From the NCBI GenBank assembly GCA_041662745.1, contig JBAZRV010000003.1:30001-62000 (forward strand): a stretch of DNA of 32,000 nucleotides, given 5' to 3'. A model generated the notes under the pieces. That model saw nothing but the letters and a program-made list of their open reading frames with translations. It was not told where the DNA came from and did no database searches. The position numbers and the translations under genes are program-made. Positions 7,706-15,192 of the stretch are shown here, in pieces. Position 1 is the first letter of the stretch. Each line of letters starts with the position of its first letter. This stretch comes from Patescibacteria group bacterium. Its GTDB lineage: Bacteria > Patescibacteriota > Patescibacteriia > 2-01-FULL-39-33.

Positions 7706-8686
7706 ATGCCAAAGGAAGATGACAAATTGAGTCGGTTGATCACCGGCGTTTTCCGCGATTATTTCGTTTACGCTCCGGTTAAGCGAGCCGGACGTCTCTT
7801 AGTGCAAGAAGCCAAGACGCCGGAAGAGGTAAATTGGTCGGGCCAGCTAACGGAGAACTCTTGGAAAGAGCTGTTTTTGCCTCATCGGGAAAAACTGTTT
7901 GAAAGCCGGCAGGGGTTGCTGGAAACTAAAGGCGAACAGCCGCCGGTAGCCTGTCTGGGCATGAATATTCTTGATTTGAAAGCATTGATGCTGTTTGATT
8001 TGGTTTTCGGCAATGATGTTTATTATCAAAATCGCCGCCAAAAGACATTAGTCATCGGTTATGGCGTTGATTGGCCTAACGGCTACAAGCAAAGCAAGAT
8101 TTTTTCCCATAATTTTAAGGAAGACGTTTTAGAGCATGTGTCGTTTGATATTTTTATCGCCGGCCGCAAAGCCGGAGAGCCGACTTTTTATTCCGGCTCC
8201 CCCCTTGGCCGGAAATTATTGGAGGGTTGCGGGATTAAGGATTTTGAGAATATCAAGTTTGCCGGCGCTGTGGCCGAGAGCGGACCGGACAAGCGCATGT
8301 TGGAAATCAAAGGCAAACTGGAACGCTCCGCCGATCATTATTTATGGAATAATTTGGATCAGATCTGCCTGGCTTGCGGCAAATGCACCATTGCCTGCCC
8401 GACTTGCTTTTGTTTTGATCTGGAAGACAAGGCCAACCCCGATGATCCGCGGCGCGACCGCAAATGGGGAAGTTGCTTTTATAATGATTTTTCCTTGGTC
8501 GCTGGCGGACACAAAGAGCTGGATACGGTCAAGAAAAAAATATTTTTCTGGTATTACCATAAGTTCGCGCGCATCCCCCAAGAGTATTCTTATGTCGGTT
8601 GCGTGTCTTGCGGCCGTTGCACGCGCACTTGCCCGGTCGGCATTGATATCGCCAAAAATATTGCCAAAATATCCAAAATTGTTTAA
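7706..8686 (+). CDS. hydB: [NiFe] hydrogenase group-3b-type beta subunit (4Fe-4S dicluster protein, sulfhydrogenase HydB-like)
   Basis: Two ferredoxin-type cluster motifs are present: CLACGKCTIACPTCFC and CVSCGRCTRTCPVG. The N-terminal FVYAPVK matches Pyrococcus HydB as recalled. The track's 7658 start lies inside the upstream terminator, so I use the ATG at 7706. Confidence 0.85.
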   Translation: MPKEDDKLSRLITGVFRDYFVYAPVKRAGRLLVQEAKTPEEVNWSGQLTENSWKELFLPHREKLFESRQGLLETKGEQPPVACLGMNILDLKALMLFDLVFGNDVYYQNRRQKTLVIGYGVDWPNGYKQSKIFSHNFKEDVLEHVSFDIFIAGRKAGEPTFYSGSPLGRKLLEGCGIKDFENIKFAGAVAESGPDKRMLEIKGKLERSADHYLWNNLDQICLACGKCTIACPTCFCFDLEDKANPDDPRRDRKWGSCFYNDFSLVAGGHKELDTVKKKIFFWYYHKFARIPQEYSYVGCVSCGRCTRTCPVGIDIAKNIAKISKIV

Positions 8687-8712
8687 TTATTTATTTACTT
8701 ACTAAGTAGATT

Positions 8713-9861
8713 ATGAGTCTTATTTATAAAAAGTTATTAAAATCAAAGATCTATAAACTAATGTCAGACTCAGGAAAAAAAATGCCTAAACCGCCATACG
8801 AAAACAGGATAGAGGGCTGGTGGTTTAAGGATGAGGAAATAAGATCAGCCAATAAAGTTGGAAAAATGTTAACTCTAGATTTAGATATAGGTAAGGCCTG
8901 CGACTTGCATTGCAGTTTTTGTTTTGCCAGTACGCATTCAAAGGATAACAAAGATTATATTAATAAAAATACTATAAGAATTAAACAAATTCTTAAGGAG
9001 GCTGCGGAGTTAGGCTGTAAAAGCATTAAGATAGTTGGCGCCGGAGAACCATTATTATTTCCTAATCTAATTGAAATTCTAGAATATTGTAAAAAATTGA
9101 AAATAATCCCGATTATTTTTACTGGCGGACATGTATTTGGGGATGATAATCGAGCAAAAAATGTTTTTAAGAAATATGGTATTAATTCTGCTAAAGAATT
9201 AGTGGATAAGCTATATCGGCTTGATTGTTGCTTTATTGTAAAGTTTATGAGTTTGAATCCAAAATTGCATGCCAAATTAGTTGGTGCAAATTTTGATTAT
9301 ATTAAATACCGCGATCAGGGTCTCTTAAATTTAATTGAAAGAGGATTTAATTATACAAAGCCGACTAGGTTGGGTGTTGATTGTTTGCTGTTAAAAGATA
9401 ATTATAGGGAAGCCGTCAGTCTGTTTTCTTTTTTTAATCAGTTTAATATTTTTTGCGTTTTAAATACGTCAATGGATTGTGGCAAGACCGAATACAAATT
9501 AGCTAATCCACAAGTAATCAGTAAAGATAAAGCATTAAAAGTTTCAATTGATTTGTATCGTTACTGCCTTAAAAATAAGATTCCATTTGATAAAAGGATT
9601 TCCCCGTATTTTTGCAGTCCAGTTTGTTCCCAGCTTAACCACGGTCTTTTTATAGGAGATGACAATATTGTCAAGGCTTGCCCTGGCGGACCAGACATCG
9701 CTCAGTATTCAAAGGGCAAATTAAAGGAAATTTGGAAGAATAATCCATTTAGAAAAAAATATAATGAAATCTTGGGTCATGAATGTATTTCACGAGTTGG
9801 CCGTACTTATCATGAAGATTTTGAATATCGAGTAAGAAAAGCGATAAAATTTATAAAATGA
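8713..9861 (+). CDS. Radical SAM protein with a Cys-containing C-terminal (SPASM/twitch-like) region
   Basis: CDLHCSFC is a CxxxCxxC motif, and GAGEPLL is present. The C-terminal region includes CSPVC...C. The gene is visibly more AT-rich than its neighbours. Alternative starts exist at 8761 and 8782. Its stop overlaps the hydG ATG (ATGA). Confidence 0.85.
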   Translation: MSLIYKKLLKSKIYKLMSDSGKKMPKPPYENRIEGWWFKDEEIRSANKVGKMLTLDLDIGKACDLHCSFCFASTHSKDNKDYINKNTIRIKQILKEAAELGCKSIKIVGAGEPLLFPNLIEILEYCKKLKIIPIIFTGGHVFGDDNRAKNVFKKYGINSAKELVDKLYRLDCCFIVKFMSLNPKLHAKLVGANFDYIKYRDQGLLNLIERGFNYTKPTRLGVDCLLLKDNYREAVSLFSFFNQFNIFCVLNTSMDCGKTEYKLANPQVISKDKALKVSIDLYRYCLKNKIPFDKRISPYFCSPVCSQLNHGLFIGDDNIVKACPGGPDIAQYSKGKLKEIWKNNPFRKKYNEILGHECISRVGRTYHEDFEYRVRKAIKFIK

Positions 9862-10679
9862 ATAATACCTACCAGCCGCAGAAAGTCAAAGCAATTTCCG
9901 TCAGCCGCCAGTCAATTGATACGGTAATGTTTAGATTTCAGTTTGTTGATAAATCCTTACAGAGAACTTTCGCGTATCTTCCCGGGCAATTTATGCAAAT
10001 CGGTTTTCCGGGTTGGGGCGAATGCCCCATCAGCCTTTGTTCCTCGCCGGCCGAGAGCAAAAAATATTTTGAGCTGGCGATCCGCGACGCGGGGCAATTG
10101 ACGCGCAAAATTAATGAATTAAAAAGCGGAGACGAGGCTTGGGTCAGGGGACCGTTCGGCAATGGCTTTGATGCGGATATTTATAAAGGCAAAGAGTTGA
10201 TTTTAATCGGCGGCGGCTGCGGTTTTGTGCCGCTTCGTCCGATAATCATGGAAGTTCTTGCCGGTCGCATTAAAACCAAATCGTTAAAGATTTTTTACGG
10301 TTGCCTTAATGAGGATACGTTGCTGTTTAAGAAACAATATCCCGAGTGGAATCGCGGAGCGGAATTAGGCGTTATTCTGGATAAACCCTCGGCTCAATGG
10401 CATGGCGAGAAGGGATTGATTACCGACTTGATTAAAAAACGCCAAATCAGCCCTCAGTCCGTGGTTGTAATGGTTGGTCCGCCCGTAATGTATCGTTTTG
10501 CCATTAAGGAATTAGAAGCCAAGAAAGTCAAAGCGCAGAATATCTGGCTGTCGTTGGAACGGCGGATGTATTGCGGTGTCGGCGTTTGCCAGCATTGCGC
10601 TGTCGGGCCGTATTACGTCTGCAAAGACGGGCCGGTGTTCAGTTACGCCCAGCTTAAAGATATCCCTAATGCCTTATGA
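9858..10679 (+). CDS. hydG: [NiFe] hydrogenase group-3b-type gamma subunit (FAD/NAD-binding, 2Fe-2S; PyrK-like)
   Basis: It has a ferredoxin-reductase-like fold with GGGCGFVP and a C-terminal CGVGVCQHCAVGPYYVCKDGPVF cluster motif. Confidence 0.88.
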   Translation: MNNTYQPQKVKAISVSRQSIDTVMFRFQFVDKSLQRTFAYLPGQFMQIGFPGWGECPISLCSSPAESKKYFELAIRDAGQLTRKINELKSGDEAWVRGPFGNGFDADIYKGKELILIGGGCGFVPLRPIIMEVLAGRIKTKSLKIFYGCLNEDTLLFKKQYPEWNRGAELGVILDKPSAQWHGEKGLITDLIKKRQISPQSVVVMVGPPVMYRFAIKELEAKKVKAQNIWLSLERRMYCGVGVCQHCAVGPYYVCKDGPVFSYAQLKDIPNAL

Positions 10680-11188
10680 CTTTAAATGCCTTGATTTATC
10701 TTTTGATTTTTTTGGTGTTGCTTACCGCGGCTTACGGCGCTTATTCGGCCGCGCCCTGGTTGCCGACCAGGCGGCGGGATGTTAAACGCCTGGCGGATTT
10801 GGCCGGAATCAAAGAGGGGGATAAAATTTATGATTTAGGTTGCGGTGACGGCCGGTTGGTTTTTGAAGCGGCCCGGCGCGGCGCTACGGCCAGCGGAGTG
10901 GAAATATTTTTTCTGCCCTGGCTCTACGCCAGAATTAAAAGCTTATTCATTCCGCGGACCAGAATTTTATTCGGCGATTTGTTTTTTCAGGATATTTCCG
11001 ACGCCGATGCGATTTTTATTTTTTTGTTGGATAAAAGCTATAAAAAACTGGTGGAAAAGTTCAATCGGGAGCTCAAGCCGGGAACGCAAGTGGTTGTGGC
11101 CTGCTGGCCGATCGTCGAGTGGCGGGACAAGCTTGTTTCTTCCAGTCAGCCGGCGGACGATCTGCCGATGTTCGTCTATAAGGTATAA
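10676..11188 (+). CDS. Class I SAM-dependent methyltransferase with an N-terminal TM anchor
   Basis: Motif I is YDLGCGDGRL, and the N-terminal helix is LIYLLIFLVLLTAAYGAY. The start forms an ATGA overlap with hydG. Confidence 0.8.
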   Translation: MTLNALIYLLIFLVLLTAAYGAYSAAPWLPTRRRDVKRLADLAGIKEGDKIYDLGCGDGRLVFEAARRGATASGVEIFFLPWLYARIKSLFIPRTRILFGDLFFQDISDADAIFIFLLDKSYKKLVEKFNRELKPGTQVVVACWPIVEWRDKLVSSSQPADDLPMFVYKV

Positions 11189-11253
11189 GCCGAATCCCAT
11201 GCCTTATCTGTCGGAAATAATAAAAATATTTATTAACCCTTAACCATAAAACC

Positions 11254-11397
11254 ATGCTTGCTATCGCACTCATCATCATCGGAGCAATTTTCCTGCTCAA
11301 AAATCTCGGCTTGCTGACTGTCATCAATTGGGATGTCGTTTGGCCGATCGTTTTGATCGGTGTCGGCGTCTTGATGCTGTTTAAGAAAAAAATGTAA
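11254..11397 (+). CDS. 47-aa two-helix micro membrane protein (DUF5668/LiaF-N-like pattern)
   Basis: It is absent from the ORF track because it is under 60 aa. My translation is MLAIALIIIGAIFLLKNLGLLTVINWDVVWPIVLIGVGVLMLFKKKM. It ends 2 nt before hypC, and no SD is visible. Confidence 0.5.
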   Translation: MLAIALIIIGAIFLLKNLGLLTVINWDVVWPIVLIGVGVLMLFKKKM

Positions 11398-11399
11398 TT

Positions 11400-11615
11400 A
11401 TGTGCCTGACCGTGCCGGCGCAAGTGATTTCCGCCGCTGATAATTATTTGGAGGTGGAAACCGCCGGCACCAGGCGCCAGGTTAAGCGCGCCTTTTCTCG
11501 GGTGCCGCAATCGGGCGAATGGGTGCTGATTAACGCTGACCTGGCCGTGGTTGCGGTAACAGAACAGGAAGCCCGGGAGATTTCTGATTATTTGATGCCG
11601 AAGAAAAAGCTATGA
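11400..11615 (+). CDS. hypC: Hydrogenase maturation chaperone HypC/HupF family
   Basis: The N-terminal MCLTVPAQV carries the essential Cys2, and the size is right at 71 aa. GEWVLIN fills the position of the usual GDWVLVH. Confidence 0.88.
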   Translation: MCLTVPAQVISAADNYLEVETAGTRRQVKRAFSRVPQSGEWVLINADLAVVAVTEQEAREISDYLMPKKKL

Positions 11616-12370
11616 TTGAGACTAAGCCGAGTGGCATGACTTTGGCGGCGCGTTACGCTTTCATGCCCAATAAATTGCGCTATTGCGGCGGCGATAGGAA
11701 TGCCCAATTGTTTTCTTATGTGTCCGCCGGGGTTAGCGACGGGGGATTGGCTGAATTGCTGGAAGAATTTGACACCATGTTCCCCTATATCAGCTTTATC
11801 GCCCACGCCAATAAGATCGCCGATCCGTTTGATTATCGCGTGGTGGAAGCGTATTGGATCGGCAATGATCTGCTTAAGCAGATTGATTTCAATTCTTTTT
11901 ATCGTTACCTGGCGGATATCCAGCGCCTGCCCAAATCCTATAAGCCGGCCGTGGCGGAAAAGATTTACGGCAAGATTACTTGGGGCGCCAAACCGCATCA
12001 TTCCTGGCACGTATTCAATATCCCCAAGCGCATGGGGCCGAACGCCTTGGAATACACCATTGCCACCATGAATGATTGCCGCATCAGTTGGGCTAAGGTG
12101 CTTGAATCGGATCCGATTGCTGACGGCCTGCTGAAGAAGATAAAAGTTGAATGCCGGCCCTTGCAATATATTAACAATCAATTGGTGTTGGGCGAACCGC
12201 AAGAGAAAGAAGCCTGGTTTGAATATGAGAATAAGAGCTTTACCGGGCCACTTCGCGCCGGCGATCTGGTAACCTTGCATTGGAATTGGGCGTGTGATCG
12301 CATTTCCCTGGAACAAAAGAGCAATTTGGAAAAATGGACGCAACATAATTTAAAACTGGCCAACTTATGA
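11612..12370 (+). CDS. Conserved-looking hypothetical protein of 252 aa with a HypC-like C-terminal segment
   Basis: It has ATGA overlaps on both sides (hypC upstream, hydD downstream). The C-terminal GDLVTLHWNWACDRISLEQKSNLEKW parallels the HypC GDWVLVHVGFA..I...EA motif. The mirror ORF on the minus strand is rejected. Confidence 0.7.
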   Translation: MIETKPSGMTLAARYAFMPNKLRYCGGDRNAQLFSYVSAGVSDGGLAELLEEFDTMFPYISFIAHANKIADPFDYRVVEAYWIGNDLLKQIDFNSFYRYLADIQRLPKSYKPAVAEKIYGKITWGAKPHHSWHVFNIPKRMGPNALEYTIATMNDCRISWAKVLESDPIADGLLKKIKVECRPLQYINNQLVLGEPQEKEAWFEYENKSFTGPLRAGDLVTLHWNWACDRISLEQKSNLEKWTQHNLKLANL

Positions 12371-13167
12371 AAATAAAAAAACCGAAACTTGCCATTATCA
12401 GCCTGACTTCCTGCGAGGGCTGTCAATTCGTTTTGCTGGATCAGGGCAAGAAATTTTTGGAATTGCTGAAAAAATTCCAAGTTGAGGAATTTAGATTAAT
12501 GGAGGACGATCCAATGCCGGCGGAACGTTATGACGTCTGCCTGGTTGAGGGTAATCCGGTGACCACGGATAATATCAAATTGCTTAAAGCCATGCGCGAG
12601 CGCTCTAAGTTTTTGGTTGTTTTGGGCAATTGCGCCGCACTCGGCGGCGTTTGGGAAATTAAGAATTACCAAGATAAGAAAAAAACCATCAGGTATGTTT
12701 ATCGGAACTCCGCCAAGGTGGAGAATCCCGATATTAAGGAAGTGGATAATTTCGTCAAAGTGGATTTGACTATTCCCGGCTGCCCCATAACCGGCGGCGA
12801 AATGCTGGAAATTATTTATCAGCTTTTGTCCGGCAAAATGCCGCGGATTCCGCAAAGTCCGGTGTGTTGGGAATGCCAGACTAGGGGTTATGAATGTTTA
12901 TTACAAAAAGGCATGATTTGTCTGGGGCCGATTACTTTGGGCGGCTGCCAAGCGGTTTGTCTGAAAAGCAAACAGCCGTGCTGGGGTTGCCGCGGCCTGT
13001 TTGAGGGAGCGCAAATCAAGAATCATCTTAATCATTTGACGGCTAATTTCCCCCGCCAGCAAGTTTACCGCATCATGGAAGTCTTTGGCGCTCGCGATTC
13101 AATTTTAAAATCATTGGTTAAAAATAAAACTAAAAAGATTAACAAGAAAATTAAGAAAAAATTATGA
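12367..13167 (+). CDS. hydD: [NiFe] hydrogenase group-3b-type delta (small) subunit
   Basis: The N-terminal LAIISLTSCEGCQ fits the NuoB/20-kDa-like fold. Distal Cys clusters CWECQTRGYECL and CWGCRG are present. Confidence 0.88.
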   Translation: MKIKKPKLAIISLTSCEGCQFVLLDQGKKFLELLKKFQVEEFRLMEDDPMPAERYDVCLVEGNPVTTDNIKLLKAMRERSKFLVVLGNCAALGGVWEIKNYQDKKKTIRYVYRNSAKVENPDIKEVDNFVKVDLTIPGCPITGGEMLEIIYQLLSGKMPRIPQSPVCWECQTRGYECLLQKGMICLGPITLGGCQAVCLKSKQPCWGCRGLFEGAQIKNHLNHLTANFPRQQVYRIMEVFGARDSILKSLVKNKTKKINKKIKKKL

Positions 13168-13418
13168 CAGTAGAAATCAGGGATAGGACGGAGGGGGAAC
13201 TATCGGCTCGCAATCAAGTGCAGAGGGAGTTATTGGGCAAGTATTTGGAGGAGGGCAAATTGAGCGCCACCGATCCCGAAGCCATGAGCAAAATTTTCAG
13301 GCAGATAAGCGATATTTTGGATGGCGACGATCCGGTTTACGACAGTATTCGCGCTGCTTTTAAGTCAGGTGATCACCAAGCTACGGTTGATATGCTAAAA
13401 ACCGTAGTCAAAGTGTAA
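13164..13418 (+). CDS. Hypothetical 84-aa acidic helical protein
   Basis: It forms an ATGA overlap with hydD and ends 12 nt before hydA. I recognise no motif in it. Confidence 0.55.
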   Translation: MTVEIRDRTEGELSARNQVQRELLGKYLEEGKLSATDPEAMSKIFRQISDILDGDDPVYDSIRAAFKSGDHQATVDMLKTVVKV

Positions 13419-13430
13419 ATATTTTTATCT

Positions 13431-14729
13431 ATGCAAATAAAAGTCAACCATATCGGTAAAATGGAAGGGCACTCCGATTTTGTGGCTGAAATCATCAAGG
13501 GCAAAGTGTCTTCGGCCAAAGTGATGACTACCGAAGGCGCGCGTTTGATTGAAGGCATTTTGGTCGGTCGGAATTTTGACGAAGCGCCGATTATTACCGC
13601 CCGCATCTGCGGCATTTGTCCGGTGGTGCATAAGGTCTCCTCGGTTAAATCATTGGAGAATGCCTTGAGAATTGAGCCGAGCCGGCAGACAATCAAATTA
13701 AGAAAGGCCATGCTTGCAGCCCAGATAATCCATAGCCACGCTCTGCATTTGTTTTTTTTGTCTTTGCCTGATTTTTTTGATATCACTAATGATTTGCAGT
13801 TTATTGGCAAGTACAAAAAAGAGACGGAAAGCGCCATCAGGGTGCGTGATTGGGCGTTGAAGACGATTGAAGTTATCGGCGGCAGAGCGGTGCACCCCAT
13901 TGCTTGCGAAGTCGGCGGATTCAAGGTGTTGCCGGAAAAATCCGAATTGGCTGAGTTGGCCGGCCGTTATCAAGCAGTTTTAAAAGACGCTTTGGTTTTG
14001 GTTAATATGGTGTTAAAAATCAATCTGCCCAGATTCAGCCGTCCCACAACTTTTGTCGCCTTGGCTCACGGTGATGAATACGCCTATTACGGCGGTGATC
14101 TCAAGGTGTTGTCTCCCGGAGGAAAAACCAAAGTAATCAAAGCCAAGGATTTCACCAAGAATATCAAAGAGATTGAGGAACCTTACCGCGCAGCTAAGTC
14201 GGCGAAATTGGACGGTAAGCCGTTTATGGTCGGCGCTCTGGCGCGTCTTAATATCAACCATAACCAATTGAATCCTTTGGCGGCCGGGATATTCAAAAGT
14301 CTAAAGTGGCGTTTGCCTCAATACAACACTTTTAACAATATTGTCTGTCAGGCGGTGGAGATAATACATTTTACCGAAGAGCTAAATCGTTTGCTCGGGG
14401 AATTGTCGGTTGAATTGAAGCCGGAAACAAGCCGCGGCCAAGAGCTTGATCTTATCGCTCGCGCCAATCCGCTGGGCCGGGTTGCGGTCGGCGTTGATGC
14501 TTGCGAAGCGCCGCGCGGCACACTGTATCATGCTTATAAGCTGGACAGAAACGGGCTGATTACCGATTGCCAAATCATCACGCCAACCGTGTCTTTTTTG
14601 AAGAATTTAGAAGCGGACATCAAGCAGTACCTGCCGGGCATTAAGAATCTGCCGGAGAAGAAGCGCGCTATCAGGATCCGCGCCTTGATCCGCGCCTATG
14701 ATCCGTGCATTGCTTGCGCCACGCATTAA
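13431..14729 (+). CDS. hydA: [NiFe] hydrogenase large (alpha) subunit, group-3b-type
   Basis: The N-terminal Ni-binding motif is RICGICPVVH (RxCGxCxxxH). The C-terminal motif is DPCIACATH (DPCxxCxxH), followed immediately by the stop codon. Confidence 0.93.
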   Translation: MQIKVNHIGKMEGHSDFVAEIIKGKVSSAKVMTTEGARLIEGILVGRNFDEAPIITARICGICPVVHKVSSVKSLENALRIEPSRQTIKLRKAMLAAQIIHSHALHLFFLSLPDFFDITNDLQFIGKYKKETESAIRVRDWALKTIEVIGGRAVHPIACEVGGFKVLPEKSELAELAGRYQAVLKDALVLVNMVLKINLPRFSRPTTFVALAHGDEYAYYGGDLKVLSPGGKTKVIKAKDFTKNIKEIEEPYRAAKSAKLDGKPFMVGALARLNINHNQLNPLAAGIFKSLKWRLPQYNTFNNIVCQAVEIIHFTEELNRLLGELSVELKPETSRGQELDLIARANPLGRVAVGVDACEAPRGTLYHAYKLDRNGLITDCQIITPTVSFLKNLEADIKQYLPGIKNLPEKKRAIRIRALIRAYDPCIACATH

Positions 14730-14730
14730 C

Positions 14731-14765
14731 ATGGCAAATGGCTTATGGCATATGGCATATAGTAA
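14731..14765. repeat. Heptamer tandem array, (ATGGCAT)-like, 5 units
   Basis: The units read atggcaa|atggctt|atggcat|atggcat|atagtaa. The array starts 2 nt after the hydA stop. Confidence 0.8.
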
Positions 14766-14777
14766 ATGCAATTATTT

Positions 14778-15131
14778 ATGAGTTTTAGATTTGAAAACCT
14801 GGATATCTGGAAAGAATCAATTGATTATTGCAACTCGATTTATAATATTACAGAGAAATTTCCCAAAGATGAATCATTCGGTTTAAAAAGTCAGCTTAAT
14901 CGCGCTGCCGTTTCTATTTCAGCTAATATAGCAGAAGGATCAGCGAGTTGTTCTGATAAAGAATTAAAGATGTTTATTGGTTTTTCTATCAGGTCATTAG
15001 CAGAGGTGATTTCTGAGTTGGTGATCGCAAGAAATAGGAGATATATTACTGATGATCAATTCAAAGGTTTATACGATAAAGGGGAAATATTAATCAAGAG
15101 AATAACTTCATTCAAAAATAATTTGGTTTAA
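14778..15131 (+). CDS. Four-helix-bundle protein (23S rRNA intervening-sequence protein family, TIGR02436/PF05635-like)
   Basis: SFRFENLDIWKESIDYCNSIY...FGLKSQLNRAAVSISANIAEGSA is the family signature. The gene is AT-rich. The track's ATG at 14766 lies inside the heptamer array, so 14778 is preferred. Confidence 0.85.
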   Translation: MSFRFENLDIWKESIDYCNSIYNITEKFPKDESFGLKSQLNRAAVSISANIAEGSASCSDKELKMFIGFSIRSLAEVISELVIARNRRYITDDQFKGLYDKGEILIKRITSFKNNLV

Positions 15132-15147
15132 TTTTGTTGTATTTATT

Positions 15148-15189
15148 AACCATAAGCTATAAGCCATAAGCTATTAGCTATATGCCATC
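15148..15189. repeat. Heptamer tandem array, 6 units, in the reverse-complement orientation to the 14731 array
   Basis: The units read aaccata|agctata|agccata|agctatt|agctata|tgccatc. The segment 15178-15188 is exactly complementary to 14752-14762. Confidence 0.8.
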
Positions 15190-15192
15190 TCT

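Noticed and set aside
8136-8705. Alternative-frame ORFs inside hydrogenase genes, such as 8136-8705, 10845-11243, 11700-12071 and 13373-13924(-).
   Set aside because: They overlap well-supported genes with clear Fe-S or Ni-binding motifs. Their translations are Ala/Arg/Pro/Ser-rich frame shadows.
11588-12346. A 252-aa minus-strand ORF mirroring the plus-strand 11612-12370 gene.
   Set aside because: The plus-strand frame is ATGA-coupled to hypC and hydD and has protein-like composition. The minus frame is an antisense shadow with no SD and would oppose the whole operon.
14731-15190. The heptamer arrays, and the palindromic repeats at 4201, 6683 and 30074, as a CRISPR array.
   Set aside because: The units are 7 nt tandem repeats or long imperfect palindromes. 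There are no regularly spaced 25-40-nt direct repeats separated by unique spacers, and no cas genes are present.
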